From: Salpingoeca rosetta
Lineage: Eukaryota > Protista > Choanoflagellata
Reading direction: 5' to 3'
NCBI GenBank assembly: GCA_033442325.1
Contig: JAWQFM010000003.1
Coordinates: forward strand, 1,961,490-2,025,489
DNA: 64,000 bases
Shown: piece after piece, positions 15,659 through 36,250 of the stretch
Layout of the letters: the number at the start of each line of letters is the position of its first letter
Position numbering within the stretch: the stretch's first letter is position 1
Notes under the pieces: generated by a model
Database searches by the model: none
What the model saw: the letters and a program-made list of their open reading frames with translations, nothing else
What the model was told of the DNA's origin: nothing
Program-made: the position numbers and the translations under genes

Positions 15659-16840
15659 CACACCTTTGCTGTGCCGATCATATCGCCCTTGATTCCTGGT
15701 GACTGCACGGCTGGCGCATCCTCCTCGTGGCTGTGTAGCACGAAACAACAACCAAGCATCAGCTCAGCAACAACGTCGTACATGCGTGCGTGTGCGTGTG
15801 TGTTCTCAATTGTGGAGTATTCCATCCACGCAACGAGATCGAGATGAAATGGAGAACACAGGCAAAACGTGGACACCCCCTTCAACACACCTGGCAATCT
15901 TTGCCATCGAGGCCATCTGCTCGGCCATGCTCTTGGCGGTCGTCACAATCGGGTTCTTGCGCTCAGACCAGCGGTCCGTCTCCTTCTTCAGCGAGAACGC
16001 AGCAACCTGGACACGACAAGCAACATTCGATGCATTAGGCCACGAACGTTGTGCTCGCTCACGTGGAAGGCGACATGCACACATATGCACACATATGCAC
16101 ACATATGTACACATATGTACACCTTTGCACACATATGCGCACACACTTATGCACACACACACACACAATCAAACGAACTCAAACACACACACGTGAACGC
16201 ACAGCAATGGGTCCTGTAGGCGGGTTCTTCTGCTCAAAGACGGAGAGTCTTGGAGTGTGCGGCGTCTCAGGTGTCGCGGGCGGTTCCTGCTGGTCGCGCG
16301 CAGACGAGGACGAGGTGGCGGTCGCGGTGGCTGTTGGTGCCTGCGTGGGTACCGCCAAGGGTGCAGGTTTCTTGCGCTGAGCCGGCTTGCTCGCTTTCTC
16401 CAGCACCTCGCCATCACTCTCCTCGCCGTCAGACACGGAGAAGCCACCACGCTCGCGCGCAACCGCCTCTTGCCTGCAGGCACGAAAACGCGACAAACAA
16501 CCAACGACAAGCAAGAAAACGAAACCCTTGCGTGTGAACGCACGAGTGTGTGTTGGGCGCCCGTTGCGGTTACCAAGTGTACTTTGCAGCGCGACCAAAG
16601 GCAGAGGCGGTGATGGTGCAGCGGCGACATGACAGCAACAGCAGCAGAAATAGGAACATCGAGGGCAGGCGCACACGCACTGGAACTGGTCGACGGTTTC
16701 GGCAAGATCGGGTCCGGTGTCATCGTCGGGGGTGGCGGTGCTGTGATGATCAACACATTGATGCAATCGCACGCGCACACACATCAGAACAATCACGGTG
16801 TGTTTGTGTATTTGTACATGTTTGTGTGTGTGTGTGTGTG

Positions 16841-16893
<53 letters not shown>

Positions 16894-16905
16894 GTGTGTG
16901 TGTGT

Positions 16906-16974
<69 letters not shown>

Positions 16975-17909
16975 ATGTGTGTGTACATGTGTGTGCGTGT
17001 TTGTGCCCATGCACCCGCTTACATCGCATTTCCGACTCAGAACATCAACCCCGAGGCCTCACTGCGTGTTTGCGTTTGTTACCTCTCCTCTGGCACGGGT
17101 TCGCCCTTGACTGCGAGCTGGAGATTGCGAATGCCGCGTTTGAGGTCGGTGCTTGATTTCGTCGCCGCCACACGGCACTTGTCGTCTTTTGGTGCCGCCG
17201 CCCACGCACGCAGGTCCGCAGTCGCGCGCGGATGTACTGTCACGTGTACGTGCGTTGTGTGTGCGTGTGTGTTTACACGAGTGAGCTTCACATCACCCAT
17301 GATTGTGTGTGTGTGTGTGTGTCAGCAAAACCAGCAGTCAGAACAGCAATGTCATGCAGAAGAACAAAAGTACCTTGCTGCAGATGCTGGCTTGCTTTGT
17401 CGATTGGGGTGCGGAAATCAGGATCCTCAGAGTTCTCAACCTGTCGTCAAATCAGCAGACCAACACCAAAGAGAGTTGTGAGCAGTATCACAAGTAGGAC
17501 CAAAATCATACACAAACACGCACGCGCGCACATGCACGCACGCACATACACACACGCACATACGCACGCGCACGCACACGCACATACGCACACACACACA
17601 CACACACTGCGCACCTCCGAGTTGGCGACGTTGACGAGGAGGTGGACTTGCTTGTCAACGGCAGCCACCTCGTTCTCGACAGCCTCCGTGTTGCCTGCAG
17701 CAGCACCAGCGCTGCCCTGGTCAAGGTGCACCTGCGTGTTCTCGCCGGCAACAGCAACCATACGCGGCGCATCCACCATCGACGACACAGTCGCCTTCAG
17801 CAGGTCCGTCTACACGCGCGCACACACACACACACACGCACACACGTGCGGGTGAGAACCAAACAACCTCGGCTTCACACACCCACACCCACACCCACAC
17901 CCACACCCA

Positions 17910-18002
<93 letters not shown>

Positions 18003-20543
18003 ACACAGCGATTTGACAACGCAGTGGAACAAACCCTGTGCTCGAGCGTCTGCTTGATCAAGGCGAGATGCTGCTGGGCCGTCTCGTCCTGCGGGTTGGA
18101 GTGCACCACGCGTGCAGCAGCCTCCATCTACAGTGCACAAGATACCAGCCATCGCAATGCAATGTCAGCGTGAGTGTTTGGGCAGGTGGCAATGAGATGC
18201 ATCACATCGCCTTCTCACCAAGAGAACGTACGTATGCGCACTTACACACACACACGCTTACACACAAGCTCAAGCCAGCGACTGACCTGCTTGGCGTAGC
18301 TGTCGACTTGCTTGCTGGTCGTGTTGATGATGTTGACGCGACGGGTATCGTCAGAGACACTTGCCATGCGCTCAGAGGCCTAAACAGGGCGATATGGTTG
18401 CATGTGGACGTGTTACCGTGTATGCGTGCATGATGTAGGTTTGAGAGAATGAATGCAAACATTGGCAGAGTACCAAGGTGAACGTGTGAGCACTTGCTGG
18501 AAGCTGAGCAATGTGTGCGTATCACAGCCGCGGACATGCACACGTGATTGTGCGACAAACGACGCACCTTCAGCAGGTGCTGCGTGCGATCGTGGAAGCG
18601 CTTGACAGCAGCTGTGCATCAGCAAAACAAACGCAATTATGGCGCACGTGGACGTGTGAGGGATGTGAGTGCTCCTACAGTCTCGAGCTAGCCATCACTC
18701 ACAAACAACCAAGGACACACACGTGCAATTACAGCCACGGCACAGTTGAGGGGGTGGGGTTGATTGGTGTACCTTCAAAGTGCTCTGGTGGCTCATCAGC
18801 ACGCGTGGTGTTGGCCACAAGTTCAGTCGACGGTTCGTGATTCTCTTGTTCACTGCAAAATATGCAGAGAAGAGCGGCATGTGAGAGGGTAGTGGTACTC
18901 GTGGATGTGTTGTGTGATTTGTGCATGCTCGCGGTTACATCTGCACGTACACATGTGCTTGCACACATGCTTACACACCCACACCCACACACACACACAC
19001 ACACACGCACACACACTTTGTTTCTTTGAGTCCCTCACTTCACTCACATGACCACGTCGGCCACTTGCTCGGCGATGGCTGTGCGAATCACCTGGTCCAG
19101 GCCTTGCATGTGCTGTCACAGCAAACGCGAGAGCAGCAGTGGTGGCAATGCCAAAGAATGTGTGAAAAGACGAGAAATGTAGAGAAAAGAGCAAGTACAG
19201 AATGGCAAAACGCAATCGAAGGTGGCATACTGCGCGCGCACCACCACAGTTGCTCACCTCTCGAACTTGGGCAGCAAGATCTGGCTTCTCACTAGTGTAT
19301 ACATAACGCATATGGAGCAAAGACACGGGTGAAAACACGTGTGAACAACAACAACAACAATAGCAGCAGCAGCAACACCAACAACAACAAATGGCGCAAC
19401 AATAACAAATCCACGTGCCTCGCGGTGCCGTAGCTTCATGTAACCACCACCACCACCACCACCACCACCACCACCACCACTCCCATCGCCACGTGCACTC
19501 ACGCGGGGGCTGCGGCCGTGAACGCGTCCGCGCTCTTGCGAAGGGAGCCAAGCGCCGCACGAACAACCTCAGCACGGCGCGGGTTGCTGGTCGCCTCGGC
19601 CACGTCCTCACTGGTGATTGGTGTGTTTGTATTTCATGTGGAGAGAGAGAGAGAGGTGTGGGATCAGCGAGAGGCAGTAAACGTGATGCAATGAGCGAGA
19701 AGGGATGAGTACTGTGTGAATGCGTGAATGCGTGCAGGCAACCCAAAACGTTCCCGTTGTACAGGATGGATTTTATCAGCGGCCCACTCCCAGCTGCCGC
19801 CAATGACTCACGCATGTTGAAGGACATTCTCAATGTCGGTGTGCAGCTCCTGCGGATCCATGGGAGCAACGTTCACGGCATGCAACTAAACGCGTTTCAA
19901 ACATGGCAGATGTGATGCAATATAGATGTGACGGTGAGTGTGTTGCATGTGGATGTGCAGCTTGCCATCATGTGGAGAACCGTGAGAAGAAGGCATGAGT
20001 TGGGCAACAAGCAAGCCAAACACAACGAGGTGTGGGCGCACCCCTGCCATTGCTTCGTCGAAGGTCTGGCAGTATGTGTTGCTGGATGTTTCCTCCCTGC
20101 GTTCCCACAACACAGCAGCGGGCATGAGAGAAGCTCGTGAGAAGCACGTGACAATCACGTGACAATCACGTCAGAAGCATGTGAGAAGCATGGTATCTCG
20201 CACAAACGGTCAAAAGCGCAAGGATATTGCTGGACACACAGACACACACATATACACACATATACACACATACACATACACACACATAAACACACACATA
20301 CATACACACACACTCGACCTTGCTGCCTCGCCCTCGGTGTTGCTGACGCCCATGATGATGTCGTGCACAGCGCTGAGCGCTTCCTCAATCGCGTAATTGC
20401 GCGACGCCTTTGCCTGACGGACCACAACAGGCAGTGGCAACACGCAGGGGCACAAGGACATACACGCACACGCACACATGTGAGCAGTGGGGGGAAGCAC
20501 ACACACACGCACGCACACGCACGCACACGCACGCACACGCACG

Positions 20544-20584
<41 letters not shown>

Positions 20585-21377
20585 GCACACGGAGAAGCGC
20601 ATATGAGGAAGAGCATGGTGTTTGCGTGCTCACCTGCTCGTTGTCTTTGTTGCCGATGTACGTGCGCAGGGAGGTGACCAGCAGCGGGCTGCAGCGATGG
20701 GGAGGAGGACAATGGGACAGATGTGCAGATGAGGTGAGGAGGGCGAAGGAGTTGTTGACGCCGACGCAGAGGCCGTCACACACACACACACAGCAACAAA
20801 CACACAGAGAGAGAGAGAGAGAGAGCATACAGCACACACACACACACACATACACAGCACACCCACACAGCACACACATACAACAGCGCTGCACACCTTG
20901 TCTTTCGAAGCGCCTCGTTTGCGACGATGATTCTGTTGCGGACGCCCGCGTTGAGCAGCTCGCGCTGGCGGGTCTCCACATACTGCGTAAACTCAATCAG
21001 GTTCTCACTCANNNNNNNNNNNNNNNNNNNNNNNNNNNNNNNNNNNNNNNNNNNNNNNNNNNNNNNNNNNNNNNNNNNNNNNNNNNNNNNNNNNNNNNNN
21101 NNNNNNNNNNNATGTATTTGACGCATGAGACAATCAATAGTGGAGCAATGGCACGAGTGTTGAAGTGGCCGTGCGTTCACACATGTGCTTTTATGCGGAT
21201 GTGATAGCAATGTGCACTTCTGCAATATCACCCTCATCTCATCTCTCGTCTTGCGTGCGCGCGCGTACTTTGATGAGGACGACCAGCTCCTCCAGCGTTG
21301 ACACGGCCTGTATGATGTGGCGATGGCGTGACAACAGTTGCATCGCACGTCACGTTCTGGGCAAACATGTAAACACG

Positions 21378-21462
<85 letters not shown>

Positions 21463-22789
21463 GCACGCACGCACGCACGCACACACACGTGTATACACAC
21501 ATATGCACACACATGCACACACAGAAACACGAGCACAAAGGCTGGGCAGCGCACCTTGGCGGAGGCGAGCAGCTCGATGATCGTCTCTCCCAGCACAACA
21601 ATCTTGCGGACCTTCAACCATTACACGCACACACACACACACAATGTATTGATTGTGAGAAGAGAGAGAGAGAGAGAGAGAGAGAGCTCGGGGCAATAGT
21701 ACGCGCGCGCACATGCAGCCCACATCGGCGTGTTGCGTGCATGCAAAGAAGAACAAGGCGTTGCCACGTGCGACAGCGCAATGCGCTTCGTGGCGCGCAC
21801 CTCATACGCGTCGAATGTCATGAGGACGTTGGTGGTGCCATCCAGGAGACCCCGCGCAGCCTGCACGAGAAGCGAGCGGCTGGACGCAGCGAGTGGATCC
21901 AGCTTGAGCTCAATGGCCGCGTCCATAAACAGTTTCGCTGCAGCTTGGATCTGTGCACGTGGTGGGTTGTATGCGTATGCGTGCGTCGCACACGTGCACG
22001 TGTGTCGTGTGGGAAGTTGGTTGGTGGTGTTGTGGTGGTGATCGTATGACTGTGGTGAGCTGATAGACGCACCGTGATGGCCGTCCACGCAAGCAAGCGT
22101 GCAGCGAGCGGCAGCGAGTTGATGCGACAAGGCGGTAGTACAGTCACGATCTGCGTTCAACAAGGTGCTCCTGCCTCGAGGGATGCACGTGCTCATGGGC
22201 GCCATGTTCTGTGCGTACCTGCTCACAGGCGACCGGCATGCGGGACTTGAGGAGATCGTCACCCTGACCCATGGCTTGCTGGCCAACCTGGACCAGGTTC
22301 TGCACAGCTACGCCAACCGACTCTGCAGCTGCATTGACATCACAATGCATCATTGGGGTGGAAGAGAGATGGAGGTGAGAGGAAGAAGTAAATTGACAGC
22401 CAAACTTGCACGCAATACGCAGCTACACGCACATCATCTCGAGCTCGTTCAGGAGCTCTGGCAACGTTCATGCACACACACACACACACGCGCGCACATA
22501 CATGCACATACATGCACATGCACATGCACACATACAATCGTACATCTCACCACACACGTGCACATTTTCGCACACCTTGTGTCAGGTCTGGGATGCCTTT
22601 GCCTTCGTGGCGAGCCCTCTCGTCGAGGATCATGAGCTCGCCAACCTGATCAGCGATGGGCAGCAACACAGCCTCGATGCTCTTTGTGTGCACCCGCACG
22701 TCTGGGCGCGTCGCAGCAGTACCAGCATCCATGCCTGATTGCTGTTGCTGGTGCTGCTGTTGCTCTTCGACTGGAACACCCGAGTCCAT
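14509..22789 (-). CDS. Vinculin/alpha-catenin family protein (vinculin-like), >25 small exons
   Basis: N-terminus [80 protein letters not shown] matches vinculin D1 ([38 protein letters not shown]). Tail: [78 protein letters not shown]. Middle exon boundaries are approximate. Confidence 0.9.
14709..14882. repeat. Intronic (TTG)n microsatellite with periodic TTTAAG interruptions
   Basis: Direct inspection; lies in the last intron of the vinculin-like gene. Confidence 0.9.
21012..21111. other. Assembly gap (100 N)
   Basis: Run of n. Confidence 0.99.
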
Positions 22790-23015
22790 GTTGTCTGTAT
22801 GTGTCTGTCTGTGTGTCTGTGTGTCTGTGTGTGTGTGTCTGTGTGTGTGTGTGTACACAGATGCGAGTCTTTCCTTGGTTGTGTGTATCCTCTTCTCTTG
22901 CCGCTTTGTTTGTTGATCTGGGTGTCTTGTCTCTGCCCTGTCGTGTTCTGCGCTGCGCTGCTCGTTCAGCTCGTTGCATGCACCGCACCCACTTCGCACT
23001 CGCCGCAACTGTTGG

Positions 23016-23049
<34 letters not shown>

Positions 23050-23687
23050 CTGGAAACAAAGCCAAGCCCAAGCCCAGCCCAAGCTAGCGCTCGCCTGATG
23101 TCAGTTTTTCTTCGCCTTCGCTCCTCTCGTTTTGTTTGGTTTTCCGTTGTGCTGTCAAGTTTGACAGCTCGAGTTGCGTGTGGTCCTTCGGTGCTGCGAT
23201 GTGCCTCGACACGCCCAACAAGGGGGCAAGATGGCGAGCCAGCCCGCCAGCGCTTGCTTCTTGCTTGTTGTGTTCTTGTTGTTGTTGTTGTTGTCGTGGT
23301 GCGTCGCAGCAACCACTGATTGCTGTTGTGCGCAGCAGAACTGCGCGCGAGCACAAACAAACCAACCAACCAACCATCAACATTGCTGCACGAGCACAGT
23401 GCCACCTTCCCCCCCCCCACGAGCTTCCCAGCTCGTGTGCGTGTGCGTGCGACTGTTGAGCAAGAGGTGCGTGTTGTTGGTTGCTGCTGTTGTTGTTGTG
23501 CGTGTGTGCCTGTACGTGAATGCGTCGACGGTTGTGGGCTGCGTTCGTGTTCTCTACGACTTGCTCGTTTGTTGTCCTGTGTTTGTGTTGTTTGCGTTTG
23601 TGCCTTGCTCGATGGGTGCGTTGCATTTATGCATTCGTGTAAGCGTGCCTCGCCTCCCTTCCCCCCCCCCCACCACACACAGGGTCA

Positions 23688-30558
<6,871 letters not shown>

Positions 30559-31086
30559 CCCTCGTACGAAACGCAACACAACGCAACACACAATGGTGCA
30601 ACACGTCGGCTCAACATGCTTGATGATGCAGTGCTCACACGACTGCACCAATCGAACCAGCTCGCGCTGGCTTGTGTTTGACCTCCTCTTCTTTCGCTTC
30701 AAGTTGCCATTACACGGTCTCTCTCTTCTCTGTTTGCTCGCTATTCACGTGTCGTGCCTGTATATGGGCTATTTTCGTTGTAGTGCAATGTTGCGACTGT
30801 CGACAACCAATGCAAGCAACAGCTGCTGACTTGGATGCTACACCAAAACAAACAACACCACCTGTAGGCAAACCTTCATGGGCACACGACAAACACTGAC
30901 GAGGGAGGGAGGAATGGGAGGGAAGTTAAGCAACACGGAGAAAATCCACACGCACACACACGCACATCCACACGAAACGAGAAGTAGTGTGGCTGCACAT
31001 ACACATTCACATACACACACACAAACACACGTAGTCTCTGCACCATAACAACCAAGAGTGGGAGAGAAAGGACGAGTGGAAAGTGC

Positions 31087-34000
31087 CTAGTGGTGATGTG
31101 GGGTGCGCTGGCGAGGGGCGGACTTGAGAATGTTGTCCACACGCAGGATCATCTCGGCGGCCTCCTCCGCAGACACAACAACCTGCGACTTGACCTGGAA
31201 GCTCTCCGTGATGCCGAGCTGCTGCACGTCGGCAACAGTGCCCGTCTCCATGTCCAGGCCCATCATCTTCTTGCCCTCCGCGTGCGCCGCGCGGAGCTCA
31301 GCAACAAGCTGCGTGCTGTCAAAGCCGGCGTTGTCGGCAATGATGGTGGGCAGCTGCTGCAGAGCGGTAGCAAACGCCTGCACATGGAAACGATTGGGGT
31401 GTGTGTGTGGGGGGGGGAATGAGACACGAAAGGTGTTTGGTGTTGGGGTGAGGGATGACGGCAAGAGTTACGATATGAACACAGGCAGCGAGTGGTGGGA
31501 TGTGTGGGGATGTGTGGGGATGTGTGGGAGAAGGGACACGTCACGTGCACTCGTGGACGTGTGCCAGGTGTGTGTTTGTGCTCACAGCCAGCCATTGGCA
31601 ATCAAGAGCCATTGGCATTGAGAGCACAGCGGGCGCACCTCCATGGCAGTTGCCTCCTTGCCGGGGATGGTGAGCGCCTCCTTCTGAATGGCCGTCGCCA
31701 TCAGCATCTCGGCGCAGCCTGGAGTGACGGGAAGAGGAAGAGGCGACGAAGGGGAAAAGAGTGTCGACTTGTGTGAGCGCGGAGCTTGCGAGATGTGGAT
31801 CGCAGCAATATGGGGGAGGCAGGAGCACACAGCCACGCACACAGCCACGCACACAGCCACGCACACAGCCACGCACACAGCCACGCACACGCACACAGCC
31901 ACGCACACGCACCCAGACACACACGCTGTCATACACAGATACAGGCGCGCGCGCACACTGACATACGCAAAGACAAACAAACAAATACACAAACACGCCG
32001 CGGACCTCCGCCAAAGACGGTGCGGGTCTCCTTGACGGTGGAAGTGAGGACGCAGAGGGCGTCGTGGAGAGAGCGCTCGGCCTCGTCGAGAATCTGCTGC
32101 GTCGCACCGCGCAGGACAACCGTGCACGCCTCGCCAAGCGCAACGCCAGAGAACTTGATCAGCTGTGGCAACCGAGAGGTAAGAAGGACGACAGGATAAA
32201 TGGTGAGGACGCGGGAAAACGAGGGTTGCGGTGTTTGTGCACTTGTGTGGTGGTGGTGGTGTCCACACACACGGCTCAAACTGGCACTTCACCGAGTGCA
32301 ACGAATGGCTCCGAAATCAACGCTCCTCAACACAAAACACACACACACGCACATACACGCACGCACACACACGCACGCGTGTACCTTGTCCTCGCCAATC
32401 ATGACTTCCTCGATGAGATCGCAGTGGCCAATCTTGACCTTGTCGGGGGTATCAAAGGTGGACACAATCTCGCCGCCAAGCACAAGCGCAAGGCGCTCCA
32501 CGCCCTCAAAGTCGGCGTGCTCGATGCTCACAATGCCGGCATCCGTGAAGAGCTGATGTGCACGGCGAAAACACAAAGGGTAGGGAGCACAGTGAGGCTT
32601 GGAAAATAAGATCTGCCCACGAGCAGGTAAAACACGATGCAGGCAAATGCAAAACATGCACAAAGACATGCCATGCCATCTCTGCTGAACATTATTAACT
32701 CATATACCTCCCTCGCTCTCTCTTATTCCCACACAAACACACACGCACAAACACAGCAGTGCGCACCTGCTGCGGGTAATCGTAGATGAGCTGGCGGTTG
32801 ATGAAGACGTTGATGTCGTGCTTGAGGATGCGGTCAACCTTGTCCTTCATCTTCTTACGCTCCGCTGCCTCAATCTCAGACACCTGCTCAGAGGACTGCA
32901 CACGCACGCGAGCGCTGTGCACCTTGATCTTGTCCGTGTCCATCTGCGTGTTGGCAATGAGCACCTTTGCGTTCTCGATGCGCTTGGGCTGGTTGATGCC
33001 AATCTTCTTGTCAAGCAGAAAGCCCTGTGAACATGCGTGTGTGTGTGAGTATGAGTGAGTATTTGCGTGACCGAGTTGCACTTCAGCACAAGCGGTTGCG
33101 ACTAGAAGATAATGCCATCACAAACAGATTTGTCAAAGGCGTTGCACCACAAATGTCGTCCACATGCACACACACACACACACACACCTCATCGAGGTAA
33201 GAGTCGCGAAGACGGCCGCCAAGCTTCTTGATGACCTGAATGGCCTCCAGGCTGCCGAATTTCTGCACACACATGGAAACACAACATAGACGTGAGGTTT
33301 GGAGGTGGTGTGGGAGGAAATGAGTTCAAATACACAATACAACAGCAACTGTTTCAAACATCGGCAACGGTACAGTGCAGCATCGCATGACGTGTACAGT
33401 CAACATCGTCACCATCATCACGATAACCACCACCGGCCAGCCACCACAATCGCCACCGCCACCCAAAGCTCAACACCAACGTCACCGCTGTCACCACCGC
33501 TGTTGGGATGTGCACCTTGATGCGCAGGACGGCGTCAACGGCGAGCTCCGCAAAGTACTCTTTGCTGGAGGTGAGGATCTTGGAGGAGAGTGTGGTGCGG
33601 GCGATGTTGATGAGATCCTTGCGGAAGGCATCGGCATCGGCACCGTTGTCGATGGCTGCCTCCTCAAGGGCACGGCGGGCCGTGGCCGCAGCCCTTCGCC
33701 AGCCGGCAATGATCGTCTGGGGATGCATCTTCTGGTCAATCAGCTTCTCGGCCTGGCGAAGGAGCTCCGCCGTGAGCACTGCACGGCCACATCAAGCAAG
33801 AAACGGGCCGAGAACGCATGGTGGCGGAAGCAGAGGCAACGCAAACGTGAGAACCATGGATCAGAGCGGGGGATCAACAACGCCACAACGTCACAACACG
33901 AAACAGTGCAACCAAGCGGTTCAGACACGATGAATGAATAAGTTGTTGAACCCCCCCCCCAAAAAAAAACAAAAAAAAGTGGTGCAATGCTGCTGTGGTT

Positions 34001-35085
34001 GCAGTTGAGGCGAGCACGGACACACCTGTAACGCTGGTGGTACCGTCGCCGACCTCGGCGTCCTGGACACGAGACAGGTCGACGAGGACCTTGGCAGCGG
34101 GGTTGTCCACGCCAATGTTCTGCAGGATCGTCGCACCGTCGTTGGTCACCTGGACATTGTCGGGATTGCTCGCAGACACGAGGATTTTGTCCTGTGAATC
34201 AGCAACACATGCAAACGTGTCAATGCACACCGATGCATTCGTGTGAGTGAACGTGAATGAGAGTGTGTGGGGGGGGGGGTGTAGGATGGAAGAATGTGTT
34301 AAGATAAGGAGGAGACACACAAACGAGTCATGCAGAATCGACGCAATCTTCGTCAACATACCATGCCCTTTGGGCCAAGAGTGCTCTTGACGAGATCGCC
34401 AACGGCAATGGCACCAATGAAGGAAGACTGCAGAGAAAAACGGATGTGGGTGTGGGGGTGGGGAGGAAGCGGTCAAGATGTTAGTGAATGCAAAAAGTGC
34501 GAGCGGAGATGGTGCAGGAAGGTCACAGGCAAACCTGTTGTCAAGTGCTGTGACAACACACACAAACATGCACAAAACACACATGTATGCGTGTGTGCAC
34601 GTACATGTACCTCATCACACGTTCACACTTTCACATGCACACACACATGCATGCACACGTTTTCACATACATGCACATGTTTTCACACGCCCTCACGAAA
34701 GCATATCACTAAGACTTACGAGACGGGCGTTCTCGGCCTTCTCTTCCTCGGCGCCGTGCGCCATGACTTCACCAGGCATCAGTCCCTACGAGCAACACAA
34801 ACAGTAAGCCAACAGTGAGTGCCACGCCGCAACCAAACAGCAATGGACAGCACGCCAACCGTGCGTACACACACACACACACACGCTCGCATCTCAAAGC
34901 ACCACGCCACACATTAGAGAGGCATCAACACAAGATAAAACAAAACACACTCGCGTATCAGCACACACATAAAGCATCGCACACAAAGCATCCCACATAC
35001 TCCGCCCTTTTTCCCTCCCACACACACACACACACACACGACATGACTACATGGCAACATCCCATGTACTGCGTACCAAGCTCAT
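31087..35085 (-). CDS. CCT2: T-complex protein 1 subunit beta (CCT/TRiC group II chaperonin)
   Basis: [12 protein letters not shown]|[22 protein letters not shown]|[45 protein letters not shown]; [10 protein letters not shown]; [11 protein letters not shown]; [25 protein letters not shown]; [18 protein letters not shown]. The first coding exon is probably the 9 nt ATGAGCTTG (35077-35085). Confidence 0.96.
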
Positions 35086-35294
35086 GGTTGGTTGGTTGGT
35101 TGAAGAGGGAGGGTTGTTAGTTCAGCGGGCAGGGTGTGTGTGTTGTGCGTGCTGGGTTGTTGTGTGGATTGGCGATCGTTAACGAGGAAGAAAACCCAAA
35201 AAAAGGTTCAAGTGACGTTTGCCACAAATCTTCCACCAATAATCGTCGCACATGTGACAGGTTGCCTATTTCGTGCAATAATTTTCGCAAACGG

Positions 35295-35346
<52 letters not shown>

Positions 35347-36250
35347 TGTGTGTGGTCTCGCCCACTTTAGCTCTCCCCAGTTCACATCAGCACATCAAGG
35401 ACACACGCTTCGTGGTACACACGCATACACACACACGCACACACACACATACGCATACACACACACACACGCACGCACACACACTTGTGTCATTGCACCG
35501 TCTGTGCGCGGGGTTCAAGATGCAATGTTTATTGCTGTGCTTTCTCTGATTCGCTTTGAACAACAACGGCAAGACATAAAGAAGAAGAGACACGAAACAA
35601 ACAACCCACAACACAACTACGACAACATGTAACAGTAGGACGCAACACCACCGCGTTGGGGTGATGGATGCCCCACAACAACACGAAAGTCAAAGTCAAG
35701 TCAAGGAAGGTCAAGCAAGGAACAAAGGTCAAACAAGGGAACAAACAAGGCTTTCTGAACATGACACACACACAAGCAAACAGGCAAGCGAACAAACAAA
35801 CAAACAAACAAACGTGTCAACACACTGCCACAAGCAGAGCTCCACGCGTACATGCGCACACAAACACAAACACAAACACACTCGCACACGCACACACACA
35901 CACACATTTGATGATTCCGTTAGGGAAGCGCCGCAGAAAACCACATCCAAAAGAGAGCTAAGCGAAAGGAAACAAACAAAACAGAAGGAATGCAACACAG
36001 AGAGAGGGTTGGCAAAGAAGACCCCTCGCACAAACGGAGGTGGCTTGGGCAGCCAAACACAAAACAAGAAGACGAGGAGGACGAGGGGGAGGAGGAAGAA
36101 GAAGAAAACACGCAGCCAACAAGCGGTACAGCACGCAAGACAGGCCGCGCACGCTGCCGCTATGCTCCGCTATGCTTCGCTGTTCGTTCCATCTGCTCCC
36201 CATCCGTTTCCGTCTCTTGCATCTGGCAATCGCTGCCACTCACGTGTTCA

